From Octopus bimaculoides (Eukaryota): a stretch of DNA of 48,325 nt. Position 1 is the first letter of the stretch, and each line of letters opens with the position of its first letter. The stretch is from NCBI RefSeq assembly GCF_001194135.2, contig NC_068985.1, forward strand, positions 45,426,671 to 45,474,995. The letters are read 5' to 3'. This document shows, piece by piece, positions 35,834 to 48,084 of the stretch. A program made the translations under genes and the position numbers. The notes under the pieces were generated by a model. The model was not told where the DNA came from and did not search any database. It was given only the letters and a program-made list of their open reading frames with translations.

Positions 35834-37150
35834 GCCCAGGTTAACCTTGAAACAAATTAATGAATAATGAAACTTTAATCAATCATCAGGTTCCTGTATT
35901 GAATATCCTTGTTATTTCCTAACACCTTTTTCTTTTTTCAGTCCCTTAAACCTTAGTAAACACATTATTATAAACTAATATAAATCCGATACTAATTTTT
36001 AGTCTCATTATAAAAATAAAGCTTACCTATGTGTTTCCCAAATAGTATCATTATTTTTAGCTAAAATTTCTTAAAATAATTCAAAATAGTTTTCATGAAC
36101 CCAATATACTTAATATCCTTAAACTTTACACCCTATTTATAGCCCCTAAATTCAATACTGACATTACTTCATGATTTTTGTATAAACTAATTACATCTGA
36201 TTTTATTTTATTTTATTAAACATACCTCTTATTGTTAAAATATTGGTTAAACTAATATTGTTATCTGTAACTATACTGATACTCTATTCAGACTAAATGA
36301 AAATAACCTATTTGACCCATATACCTAGGGTTTTAATTCCTCAACATTTNNNNNNNNNNNNNNNNNNNNNNNNNNNNNNNNNNNNNNNNNNNNNNNNNNN
36401 NNNNNNNNNNNNNNNNNNNNNNNNNNNNNNNNNNNNNNNNNNNNNNNNNNNNNNNNNNNNNNNNNNNNNNNNNNNNNNNNNNNNNNNNNNNNNNNNNNNN
36501 NNNNNNNNNNNNNNNNNNNNNNNNNNNNNNNNNNNNNNNNNNNNNNNNNNNNNNNNNNNNNNNNNNNNNNNNNNNNNNNNNNNNNNNNNNNNNNNNNNNN
36601 NNNNNNNNNNNNNNNNNNNNNNNNNNNNNNNNNNNNNNNNNNNNNNNNNNNNNNNNNNNNNNNNNNNNNNNNNNNNNNNNNNNNNNNNNNNNNNNNNNNN
36701 NNNNNNNNNNNNNNNNNNNNNNNNNNNNNNNNNNNNNNNNNNNNNNNNNNNNNNNNNNNNNNNNNNNNNNNNNNNNNNNNNNNNNNNNNNNNNNNNNNNN
36801 NNNNNNNNNNNNNNNNNNNNNNNNNNNNNNNNNNNNNNNNNNNNNNNNNNNNNNNNNNNNNNNNNNNNNNNNNNNNNNNNNNNNNNNNNNNNNNNNNNNN
36901 NNNNNNNNNNNNNNNNNNNNNNNNNNNNNNNNNNNNNATGGTGAGGAATGTTGATATGGGGAAATATTGAAGCGTGTGGAGATGGGATACCAACCATGTT
37001 TACATCTTTGGATTGTGTCTCTAATTAGTATTTAATTATACTAACTTCTGTGTGGCTATTTCTCTAGATTCAAGATTCATTATGTGGGCCTGCGATAATT
37101 CAAACGGAGCGGTGTGGAGTTTGTGTGTATGTGTGTATGTGTGTGTGTGT

Positions 37151-37197
<47 letters not shown>

Positions 37198-37475
37198 TGT
37201 GTGTGCATAAATGCATTCATACAAGCGATATTTTCATATGTGTGTGTTTGTTTATTTCTAAATGTATTCAAGTATGAATAGATAGATAGATAGATAGACA
37301 GACAGACATACATACAGATAGATAGATAGAAACGTATAATGTATAATAATCATGTATGTCTACGTACACATGCGTGTGAAGTATGATCGATTGTTAATTA
37401 TCGGTCTACATATCTATGCAACGTGTTCGTGTTTGTGTGTCATGTTTTTGAATGCATACATGCATTCATACATGT

Positions 37476-37531
<56 letters not shown>

Positions 37532-38215
37532 NNNNNNNNNNNNNNNNNNNNNNNNNNNNNNNNNNNNNNNNNNNNNNNNNNNNNNNNNNNNNNNNNNNNN
37601 NNNNNNNNNNNNNNNNNNNNNNNNNNNNNNNNNNNNNNNNNNNNNNNNNNNNNNNNNNNNNNNNNNNNNNNNNNNNNNNNNNNNNNNNNNNNNNNNNNNN
37701 NNNNNNNNNNNNNNNNNNNNNNNNNNNNNNNNNNNNNNNNNNNNNNNNNNNNNNNNNNNNNNNNNNNNNNNNNNNNNNNNNNNNNNNNNNNNNNNNNNNN
37801 NNNNNNNNNNNNNNNNNNNNNNNNNNNNNNNNNNNNNNNNNNNNNNNNNNNNNNNNNNNNNNNNNNNNNNNNNNNNNNNNNNNNNNNNNNNNNNNNNNNN
37901 NNNNNNNNNNNNNNNNNNNNNNNNNNNNNNNNNNNNNNNNNNNNNNNNNNNNNNNNNNNNNNNNNNNNNNNNNNNNNNNNNNNNNNNNNNNNNNNNNNNN
38001 NNNNNNNNNNNNNNNNNNNNNNNNNNNNNNNNNNNNNNNNNNNNNNNNNNNNNNNNNNNNNNNNNNNNNNNNNNNNNNNNNNNNNNNNNNNNNNNNNNNN
38101 NNNNNNNNNNNNNNNNNNNNNNNNNNNNNNTATATATATATATATATATATATGCCTGTGTGTGTTTATATTAATATATATTATGTGTGTGTATGTGCGT
38201 GTGTGTGTGTTTATA

Positions 38216-38423
38216 TAAAGATGGGATGCTGAAAAGTTCCTGGCTTTGGGTAAAAGAAAATACAGGAGGATCAGTTAATTATGATTTTATTGAACAGTTT
38301 CCCCTCTCAGGTGCACACAATTATTGCAGCAGTTCAGTTATTTTCTAAGCCCTGTAAACGAACTTGGAAGGTTGAGATTCTAACCGGACCTTAAAACCAG
38401 GAACTTTTCAGCACCCCCTCGTA
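38216..38423. mobile_element. ~208-bp mariner-type MITE
   Basis: 17-bp perfect TIR core TGCTGAAAAGTTCCTGG (38227-38243) and CCAGGAACTTTTCAGCA (38397-38413); right end CCCCCTCGTA (TACGAGGGGG-type mariner TIR); TA at both ends; no ORF. Confidence 0.82.
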
Positions 38424-38491
38424 TATGGCACGATTACGTAAGTAAATTAGAGCCACACAGGAACTTTTCAGCGGTCCCTCGTATGTTTGTA

Positions 38492-39019
38492 TATGCAAGG
38501 TATCCCCATAAAAATCGACATAATTTGAAATGTGAATGTCTAAGTAATTACGTGTCCGGTGAAACAGAATTAAATGGGCTTCATGTTGAACAATTAAGGA
38601 TTTATTTATGAAAATTCGAACAAAAGATTCAGAGAAACGTAGATTTTATAAACGATTTTACAACGCTTCACAAATATTCAATATGCGCATCGTCTCTGAC
38701 ACGACACACGTCAAGTCGCTAGACCAGATCCTGCCATGCATGCTGCAGCATGTCAGTGATTCTCTGCTTGAGGTCCTCTAGACTTGTAGGAAGAGGTAGA
38801 ATATAGACCAGTACTTTGACATAGCCCCAAAGAAAAAAAATCACAATGTGTCTAGAAAGGTGAATGTGGTGGCCAATTCAACAGCACATTGTCATTATCC
38901 CTTGTATGTCTGATCCAAACTTAGTTTTTACACATTTTGTTAACATTTGAGATCATTTGAGTGAGAATTGGCTTATTAGACTACGAAATAATGTCAATAT
39001 TTTGGGGACATTTTGTATA
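38492..39019 (-). mobile_element. Internally deleted Tc1/mariner-superfamily (maT/rosa-like) element
   Basis: Minus strand WPPHSPF*THCDFF / GYVKVLVYILPLPTSLEDLKQRITDMLQHAWQDLV*RLDVCRVRDDAHIEYL* (WPPRSPDLTPCDFFLWGYVK..RLDVC..HIEHL type). Degenerate TIRs TATGCAAGGTATCCCCAT.. and ..TTGGGGACATTTTGTATA. Confidence 0.8.
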
Positions 39020-39597
39020 TTCATATACCTGTAAGAAAGCCATTCACTTTATTTTGTTAAGGAGAAAAATTCTCATTGTAGACAAATAGATGTAAACACA
39101 CCAAGACAGCTCGAAGCACCTCCTACCCCGATTGAAGGACTCATGCATTTCAGAGTAGTTATCATCTCCTCAGCACCAAGAACTTGTAAGGGAGGCACTA
39201 CAAACTGACAACGGAAAACCAAGTTTCTTTTAATATATTCCAGTCAGTGTACTATAACTGGTTGGGCTCATCAGCAGCCCAACTATAATAAAATGCGGAT
39301 TAGAGGCGTTAGCAACATGTTTGTTAATAGAGTATTGTAATTTTATTTGGATTGTTGACAAGTGCTGAGCAAAGTGAGCGTACGTATGTAGGATTCAGAG
39401 GGAAGCCTTGAAACTTACAATTGCACAAATTGGTTAGAAGTTTGCAGTACTAAGGATGTAAGAAATACAAACAGGCAATAGCCGGTGATACGAAGGCTGG
39501 TGTGAAAGACGAGATCTGTTCGCTGGCTGACGGTTGCGTCGTCGAGGTCTTCTGCTGACTGACTGCAAAAATATACATTGTGTGTGTGAGTTAGTTA

Positions 39598-39668
<71 letters not shown>

Positions 39669-40224
39669 CATTTCTTTTATTAGCCACACAGGGCTCAACG
39701 AAGATGGGACAAATACAATGTAGAGCTTTTCTTTTTGGGAGGGGGAAGGAAGGAAAAANNNNNNNNNNNNNNNNNNNNNNNNNNNNNNNNNNNNNNNNNN
39801 NNNNNNNNNNNNNNNNNNNNNNNNNNNNNNNNNNNNNNNNNNNNNNNNNNNNNNNNNNNNNNNNNNNNNNNNNNNNNNNNNNNNNNNNNNNNNNNNNNNN
39901 NNNNNNNNNNNNNNNNNNNNNNNNNNNNNNNNNNNNNNNNNNNNNNNNNNNNNNNNNGAAAAGACCACGGTAACCTTGGTCAATATTCTCATTGAAGAAA
40001 CTATAACAGTAAGTGACTCTCTTTTGCCTTTTTGTTTTATTTTTTTTTCTTGTTCATAGGGTTATGCTCAAGATGGCTCCGTCGTTCACACGTGCCATCC
40101 TTGCTACATTCACCCATCTTTTTTTGAAGCATTCACTAGACAAGACTTCCCTTTCTACTCTCAACTTCCTCTTCAGGTGATACTTGAAGAAGTTGATGAG
40201 AGATTGCCCAGAGAGGAAAGTCTT

Positions 40225-40226
<2 letters not shown>
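39669..40226 (-). mobile_element. 5'-truncated Tx1/L1-clade LINE 3' end inserted in a (GATA)n tract; contains a gap
   Basis: Open frame 40224 to 40054: KTFLSGQSLINFFKYHLKRKLRVEREVLSSECFKKRWVNVARMARVNDGAILSITL*, which resembles Tx1 ORF2 C-termini. The 3' UTR ends GCTAATAAAAGAAATG. (GATA)n lies on both sides (39636-39668 and 40226-40295). Confidence 0.65.
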
Positions 40227-40295
<69 letters not shown>

Positions 40296-40769
40296 CCCAC
40301 TTCCCTCCAATGGGTGATTATGATTGAACCAATTGTGGCATAGGAAAACTGAATAGATGAAGCCCTTATCTACAAAACTGAATACTATGAGAGATGACCA
40401 TCAAATTTAGAAAAAATTTGCCTTCGATTGCAAAGTTATTGTCTTAGAGGTGGGAGCAAGGTTGTTTGCGGAAACCTGTCAATGATATAAAACAACTCTC
40501 AATTTTTTCAGAGAAGAGAACCAGAGATCTTGAGATAATGACAGACGTAGTGAAGAACAGTTCTAACTGGATCAGGTCATGAAGGAAGTAAAGTAATTTT
40601 CAGAAAGTATTACTCTACGTTCACACCCAACTGGCGTCTCATGCACGACAGGTTACAACAGTCAAGGAACCTTGGCACTGGGACCACCTTAACAAACCAA
40701 GAGAGGCTGCAGAGCAGAGGCTATCACACATTGCAGTAGCAGAAGAATATCCATGAATTATGATCTTAT

Positions 40770-41935
40770 TCCGGCTCAGCGAAAAGGATATGCACAAAAT
40801 TGTATGATGGAAATACATGGGACCTCTGTCTTCAAAAACTCAGAGACTGAGAGACACTATCCAACCTCACTTATAGATGATGGAATTAAACGTGCCAAGA
40901 AAATAGGCATTAAAAGATTAAGGGAAACAAAACGAAACACCATACCACATCTCAAAATACTACCGTTTATATCGAATCATAACCCTAGAAACAGTGAGGC
41001 ATACAACAGTATGGTACAAAATCTACCAATGATCACAAGGGATCCAAAAATGAACTACATTCTTAAAACACTTAAATTCATCAACTGTAAAAACCCAAAT
41101 CGCTGAAAAGACTACTGACAAATGAAAAGCTATACACAACAGCCACAAAACCAATGGTGGAACATACCCCAACCTACTGGAAGGTTTGGAATTCCAATTT
41201 AAACAAGGACCAACTTCACTTGTGCAACAGAGAATTTAATTTATGTTATAACTTGTTCAGGTTGTGGACACAATTGTATGGGACAAACAAGTAGTCAGAT
41301 AGACGGAGAACCACACTACATAAGGAACAGATCCGTTTCCCAAAGTATAGATAGATATCTTTGAATGAACACATAGAGAGATGGGCAGGGAGTCTCCAAG
41401 TAAATTTCACAGTGTAAAGAAACAATTTCTGTACAAGAAAGTTTAAATAAAGAAAATTTATTTATTGAAAAATACAGAACACGCCTAAATATGAACGCAT
41501 AACCAACTTTGGTCTCAGTATATATTTTAATTCATGATCACATTTCCATCATTGTACACATTTCCTCTTACTACATTAGCTCTTGAGATTTTGTATGATT
41601 ATTTATCTCACCCCCAAAATGAGAGATTAGTTCCCCTGTCCCGAATAACTATCACCAGTTACCACCATTTAGATTTTGCTACTTGTTGATTCATTCATAA
41701 ACTTTCATACAAGAGAACATGGACTAAAAACTTTATAAGCAAAAACGAAATCACAATAATTTCAAAGTCATCATTAGCGAAAGCGAAACTGGTGGACAAC
41801 CACAATATTCTTTCCTTTAATATATATATTAAAACTACGTAAACTACATGCATTTTCCTTCTTTTATTATATATATATATATTGCATTACAGCTCACCAC
41901 GTGGGAATAATCGAAATTCTCTTCCTCCCTTTTCT

Positions 41936-41973
<38 letters not shown>

Positions 41974-42110
41974 CTGTGTGTGTGTATCAAGTGTCTGACG
42001 AACGGGAACGTGAAACTCTGAGTAACAATTTTTGTGGTAATTTTGCAGTTTTAATAAAAGCATATTACTCTACTTTTGGTATTCGATTACTATTTTTCAA
42101 CCTTGTCTTG
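40770..42110 (+). mobile_element. Decayed Penelope-like element 3' portion (RT C-terminus/linker, GIY-YIG endonuclease, 3' region with hammerhead)
   Basis: KRICT..RHYPTSLIDDGIKRA..LPFISNHNPRN..PKSLKRLLT, FTCATENLIYVITCSGCGHNCMGQT (GIY-YIG-like), LHKEQIR..ENLFIEKY..LNMNA* (stop 41500-41502); multiple frameshifts. Confidence 0.82.
41992..42027 (+). ncRNA. Minimal type-I hammerhead ribozyme
   Basis: TGT-CTGACGA-ACG-GGAA-CGT-GAA-ACTC-T-GAGT-A/ACA: core CUGACGA, stem II ACG/CGT, GAAA, stem III ACTC/GAGT, GUA site (cut after 42024), stem I TGT/ACA. Confidence 0.8.
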
Positions 42111-42194
42111 TTCTTATGNNNNNNNNNNNNNNNNNNNNNNNNNNNNNNNNNNNNNNNNNNNNNNNNNNNNNNNNNNNNNGTTGACGCCACTTTT

Positions 42195-42261
<67 letters not shown>

Positions 42262-43488
42262 GTGTGTGCGTGTACATAGATAGATAGATAGATAGATAGA
42301 TGGATAGATAGATAGATAGATATGAATGTATGTCTGTACATATATTTATATTTTCTATTCTTGGCGACTAAAAGCTGAATTTTAGTCAATCGATTAGTCT
42401 GGAGAGGTAATTTTTTTAATCGAGCTCCGATTGAAATGAAAAGCGAAATTGCTCCTCAGCCGATTTAAACAAAAAAAAACAATTCTGAGTTTTGTTATGC
42501 TTAAGATATATTGTATTCTCGTAATAACTGAGGTAGCCTCATATGGAATACCTGTAATCATACTTTTCTTTGATCACCGCTGGTCTGGAACAAAGCAACA
42601 GCTATTTCCTCCAGGCACGTGCTTCTCAACAACAAGTGTTTGATATCTCTAATCTTCATTTCCTTTATTCTAATGTTTACACGTTCAGACATACATACAT
42701 ACATACATACATACATACATACATACATACATACATACATACACATAGACGCACTACATGTACATATATATGCATATATATATATAATCTTTCATGTTTT
42801 TTTTTCTATAAAACGCATTGTTAGTATTCCCTAGACTTCATGTCTACTCATTATTGAATTTTAGAATACAAATTCCTGGAGGTTTAGGAATTCCTGTCTC
42901 TGGGAACAATAATTTTATTGTTAAATAAACACACATAATTTATAGCGCATACATAATTGGCAGAAAATTTGATCAGTAAATGATATGTCGTTAATATTGA
43001 ATTTCAAATACATACACATACATACATACATACATACATACATACATGATTACGGATGAATACGTAAATAGTAAATATAAATCCATAAGCAACACANNNN
43101 NNNNNNATATATATATATATATAAATAGGCACCTGTACATATTCATACACACATACACACAGACACATATACACACAGATACACATACACACGCACACAT
43201 GCTTGTTTACTTGCTTATTATTATCAATCGAAGGCACATAGTCGTAATCCAATTACATACATATGCATATATACACTCACACGCAGAATGACACATACAC
43301 TAATATGTCCATACGTAAGCACACACATACACAGACAAACACCCACACACACGCACATGCACTAAACATACACATGTTCGTCCATCTCCGGCTGAGTACA
43401 AGGAGAATGTATTTAATTTTTAATCTAAATATCTCTTTAACCATCTTTTTACGTGAATCTATTTGTATTAATCATTAGAACAATCTTT

Positions 43489-43531
<43 letters not shown>

Positions 43532-44042
43532 ACACAAANNNNNNNNNNNNNNNNNNNNNNNNNNNNNNNNNNNNNNNNNNNNNNNNNNNNNNNNNNNNNN
43601 NNNNNNNNNNNNNNNNNNNNNNNNNNNNNNNNNNNNNNNNNNNNNNNNNNNNNNNNNNNNNNNNNNNNNNNNNNNNNNNNNNNNNNNNNNNNNNNNNNNN
43701 NNNNNNNNNNNNNNNNNNNNNNNNNNNNNNNNNNNNNNNNNNNNNNNNNNNNNNNNNNNNNNNNNNNNNNNNNNNNNNNNNNNNNNNNNNNNNNNNNNNN
43801 NNNNNNNNNNNNNNNNNNNNNNNNNNNNNNNNNNNNNNNNNNNNNNNNNNNNNNNNNNNNNNNNNNNNNNNNNNNNNNNNNNNNNNNNNNNNNNNNNNNN
43901 NNNNNNNNNNNNNNNNNNNNNNNNNNNNNNNNNNNNNNNNNNNNNNNNNNNNNNNNNNNNNNNNNNNNNNNNNNNNNNNNNNNNNNNNNNNNNNNNNNNN
44001 NNNNNNNNNNNNNNNNNNNNNNNNNNNNNNNNNATATATATA

Positions 44043-44215
44043 TTCTTTTATTTTGTTACTTGCTTCAGTCATTTATCTGCGGCCATGCTTTGTAAGTCTA
44101 GTATTTATTCTATCGGTCTTTTTTGTCGAACCGCTAAGTTACAGGAACGTAAACACACGAACATCGGCTGTCAAGTGATGGAGGGGGTTATAAAAACAAA
44201 AATACACACACAAGC
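44043..44215 (-). mobile_element. Type A SINE 3' half with internal deletion
   Basis: CTTGCTTCAGTCATTTATCTGCGGCCATGCT / AAGTCTAGTATTTATTCTATCGGTCTTTTTGTCGAACCGCTAAGTTAC. Confidence 0.75.
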
Positions 44216-44269
44216 ACACACACACACGTATATACATATACATGCATACATGTATGTATATATATAAGG

Positions 44270-45212
44270 TTAAGAAGGGTATTGGATTCAACCAAACCGA
44301 AAGATACAGGTAATATCGAGTAAGTGCTGTATACCGGTTAGTTATGCCCCATTCGTTGTATAAACAAGAGTGGGGATTATAACATAGGTCGTGTATTAGC
44401 GTGTGTATATATAAATAAAGAAAAGGATAAAGAGAACAATGGCAAAGTTAGCAATATATTTTATGGATAAAGTCTTACAGCTGTTTCAGGGAAAATCTAA
44501 TGTATCCCTTCATCGGAGACAGAAATAGTAGAGGAATGGATTATTGCATCTATAAGAGGAGCTTTGTAGCAGGAAGTGAGAGTGATGCGCTGAAAAAAGA
44601 AAGAAGAAACAGTACTTGGAGTGTAGCTTCATTCCAGTGGTAAACATCCATGTAAATAATCCTTGTGGGTATTTTCCGGAGATAATTGTAGTAGCAAAGG
44701 TGGATATATGTCATATCGTGTCCGGAGTATACTGTGCGTTGTTTACTCAAAGGATACCCCAAATCAAGTGAGAGATGTGTGTAGGGTATGGAGGTCAAGT
44801 CTTAAGACAGGAAGGGAAGGGAAGAAAGAAGTAATTCAAGTGAGGAATAGTAGTGAGCAGTTGTATGGTCAGTTAATCTGACAGGACAGAGAGAAAAGTA
44901 TAGGGAGTAAAGGAAGAATGAGGGGGGTCGAGGCATAAGTTTAGTAAGGGAGAAGGAATGTGACGAGGTAATGTGGAGATGTATTTATATGTGTAAATTA
45001 TCAGGCTATAAGGGGTGAGGGTGTAGGTGACATTCTCAAAACAGTATTAAAGGAAAATAGAATTAGTAGTAATATGTTCTAAAAATAGAGCTAAACCTAA
45101 TTTCAAGATGGTAGAAGGGGTATCAGATGCATATATATATATATATGTGGTTGGGTCGTTGATGACCTCTTTGTAGCATATTGGATGTCCACCTAGTGGT
45201 CATCCCTTATAC
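44270..45212 (-). mobile_element. Non-coding C/T-rich Penelope-LTR-like (retrozyme-like) element; boundaries approximate
   Basis: Strong purine/pyrimidine strand skew, no recognisable ORF, carries a hammerhead motif at 44472-44520. Confidence 0.45.
44472..44520 (-). ncRNA. Minimal type-I hammerhead ribozyme (C at position 4)
   Basis: Minus strand GTCT-CCGATGA-AGGGA-TACATTAGATTT-TCCCT-GAAAC-AGCT-GTA/AGAC: 4-bp stem I, 5-bp stem II, palindromic stem III ACAGCTGT, GUA site. Confidence 0.78.
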
Positions 45213-45390
45213 ACGTATATACATACATATATATATATAATATGTATATTATATATATGTATATATCATTTATATATATTATTATTATTATTATTATATT
45301 ATATATATATATATATATATATAAAGATGAACTTACTTAGGAATAGATGCGTGGCGTTGAATGAAATAATAACATAAATAATATAAATAT

Positions 45391-45427
<37 letters not shown>

Positions 45428-45544
45428 NNNNNNNNNNNNNNNNNNNNNNNNNNNNNNNNNNNNNNNNNNNNNNNNNNNNNNNNNNNNNNNNNNNNNNNNN
45501 NNNNNNNNNNNNNNNNNNNNNNNNNNNNNNNNNNATATATATAC

Positions 45545-45592
<48 letters not shown>

Positions 45593-45600
45593 ATATATAT

Positions 45601-45920
45601 GGCTCTGTGTTCAGATGCACTGCGTTGCATCTTGGATAGGTGTCTTCTGCTATAGCTTCGGGCCGACCAAAGTTTTGTGAGAGGACTTTGTATACATATG
45701 TGTGTGTTTGTGCGTGTGTGTGTGTTTGTCTCTCCATCAACGCCTGACAGTGTTGGTATGTTTAGAGCCCCGTACCTTAGCGGTTCGGTAAAAGAGGTCA
45801 ACAGAATAAGTAGCAGGCTTTAAAAATTATAAGTCCTGGCGTCGATTTGTTCGACTAAAACCTTTCAAGGCGGTGCTCCAGCATGGCTACAAGTCAAATG
45901 GCTGAAACAAATAAAAGACT
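45601..45920 (+). mobile_element. Type A SINE (5'-truncated, diverged)
   Basis: GTTCAGATGCACTGCG..GTGTCTTCTGCTATAGCTTCGGGCCGACCAAAG..CTTAGCGGTTCGG..GCGGTGCTCCAGCATGGC..GAAACAAATAAAAGA. Confidence 0.82.
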
Positions 45921-45924
45921 ATAC

Positions 45925-45978
<54 letters not shown>

Positions 45979-46085
45979 CCACTTACAGTAATACGTATAT
46001 GCACTTACACGCACAGAACACAAACACATACCATATACACATTCATATGTGTGCGTGCGAAAGTGTGTGTCTTGCATGTGTGTTT

Positions 46086-46168
<83 letters not shown>

Positions 46169-46914
46169 GTAATTACGGAAATATATTACTTTTCCAGGTA
46201 GATGTGCTATTACAACACTTTCCGTGGACCAAATTCACTCATTCATTCGGAAGCGGCAATGGTCAACCCGAGGGCGGTGAGCTGTATTAAAAGACACTTT
46301 GCCTTAGGTGCTGCACAGTGCGAATGAACTCCTGACCAAGTGCTAGTAAAACGAGCGTTTTAACAACACAACTAAATAAATAAATAAATAAATAAAAGAA
46401 AGAAGAAGAGAAATATGAAATTGATAGGAAGGTTTTCATCTTTCCACCTTTCAAGGCAATTTATTTAACTTTTGATAAAGCGCGTCATATAATATCTGTT
46501 GTCTTTATAGATTATGCTTTAGTCAACAGGTTTGCATACGGCAAACACTTCATCAGGAATAATTCCGTTGTTCGGAAACCGTTGATGTGTAAAATGTTTA
46601 CCATATTCCTCCAGTGTGATGGAAGAGTTGATGTTGTGATGCCAGAATGTCTGTAATGAATGGGTGCGGAGGGTGGAGTTAATTTTTTTTTTTTTTTTCG
46701 ATATCGTTTGATGTTTTCTATTATTCAAATGAGAGATTTAAAAATGTTCAGCCTTTCGAAAGATGCGAGTTTTTTTTGTTTGTTTGTTTGTTTGTTTGTT
46801 TTTGGCTTTCCTTTTAATATAACATATATACCGTGTAAAGAGATGACATGCGAAAGAACGTCATCGTCATCATGGTCGTCGTCGTTATCGCCATCCTCAT
46901 TAGTGATAACAGCA

Positions 46915-46944
46915 TCAGTAGTAGTAGTAGTAGTTGTAGTAGTT

Positions 46945-46981
<37 letters not shown>

Positions 46982-46991
46982 CAGCAGCAGC

Positions 46992-47023
<32 letters not shown>

Positions 47024-47044
47024 CACAGAAGCTGCAGCAGCAGC

Positions 47045-47109
<65 letters not shown>

Positions 47110-47184
47110 CGCAGGAGCAGCAGCAGCACTAGTAGTAGTGGTAGTAGTAGCAGCAGAAGCAGCAACAGCAATAACAGCAGCAAT

Positions 47185-47234
<50 letters not shown>

Positions 47235-47290
47235 TAGTAGTAGTACTAGTTGTAGTAGTAGTAGTTATAGTAGTAGTAGTAGTAGTAACG
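46915..47290. repeat. Compound (TAG)n/(CAG)n microsatellite
   Basis: Direct reading. Confidence 0.95.
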
Positions 47291-47459
47291 TTTCAAACAC
47301 ACATAATGGAATATATAAATCTTTATTGACAAAGTATTTTGGTCTGTCCATTTGACATAAGAGCAAAAGTCAAGCTGACATATAGTCAAATGTCGATTTG
47401 ACATGCTTCAAGTTCGTATTGACAAGCTGTCACCTATCAAATTCTGATATCTTTTATCT

Positions 47460-47650
47460 TTTATAGTTTACTTGCTCCAGTCAATTGACTGCGGACATGC
47501 TGGAGCTCCACCTTGGCAAGTTTAATAAAACAACCTGATTTTGGTACTTACTTTCTATTTTTTAAGTATGGTAGTCATTCTATATCCGCCTCTGTAGGAA
47601 AATTGCTTAGTTAAAGGGTATAAACAAACCAAAGCAGCGGAGATGGTTCA
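47460..47650 (-). mobile_element. Type A SINE 3' half (old)
   Basis: TTTACTTGCTCCAGTCAATTGACTGCGGACATGCTGGAGCTCCACCTT. Confidence 0.65.
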
Positions 47651-47661
47651 CACGTTTAGAC

Positions 47662-47716
<55 letters not shown>

Positions 47717-47915
47717 TGCATATGTGTGTATGTAATGTATGTGTGTGTGTGTTTGTATATGTATGCATGCATGTATATATATACAAAGAATAAAAGTTTA
47801 GAATGGTACAACAATGCTATAAACTGTTTTCCAACGGTTAACAATACACAATGCTTCAAGCGAACTATAATACTCTCTTATATACATGTATGTATTACAT
47901 GTTTATATGTATTTG

Positions 47916-48029
47916 TGTCATTGTTCAGTTTTATTTCAAGATTTCTTGCCAGCAGAGAAAGAGCCGGTTTCTAACCTAGATCCAAAGCACCTTCATTGGA
48001 ATTTCAACATCAACAACAGGGTATTCTTG

Positions 48030-48063
<34 letters not shown>

Positions 48064-48082
48064 TGTATGTATGTATGTATGT
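47916..48082 (+). mobile_element. ~113-bp interspersed repeat with (TATG)n tail, copy 2
   Basis: Colinear with 5484-5596 (minus), same 5' start, then (TATG)n. Confidence 0.8.
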
Positions 48083-48084
48083 AG

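Noticed and set aside
35834-36349. G-poor AT-rich segment resembling a mitochondrial insertion (NUMT)
   Set aside because: The frames I read have stops even in the invertebrate mitochondrial code, and no mt gene or tRNA is recognisable.
39261-39283. GTTGGGCT-CATCAGC-AGCCCAAC hairpin containing CTGATGA on the minus strand
   Set aside because: No stem II closure or correctly placed GAAA, so not a hammerhead.
40296-40765. Possible degenerate RLE (PD..ELT-like) element on the minus strand
   Set aside because: It needs several assumed frameshifts; similarity is too weak to call by eye.
46520-46560. CTGATGA followed by a GTTTGC/GCAAAC hairpin (minus strand)
   Set aside because: Lacks the GAAA and NUH elements.
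355-47974. The many ORF-track entries rich in YI, HT, CV, poly-L/S/T/K/R or X
   Set aside because: They are translations of microsatellites or N-gaps, with no domain content.
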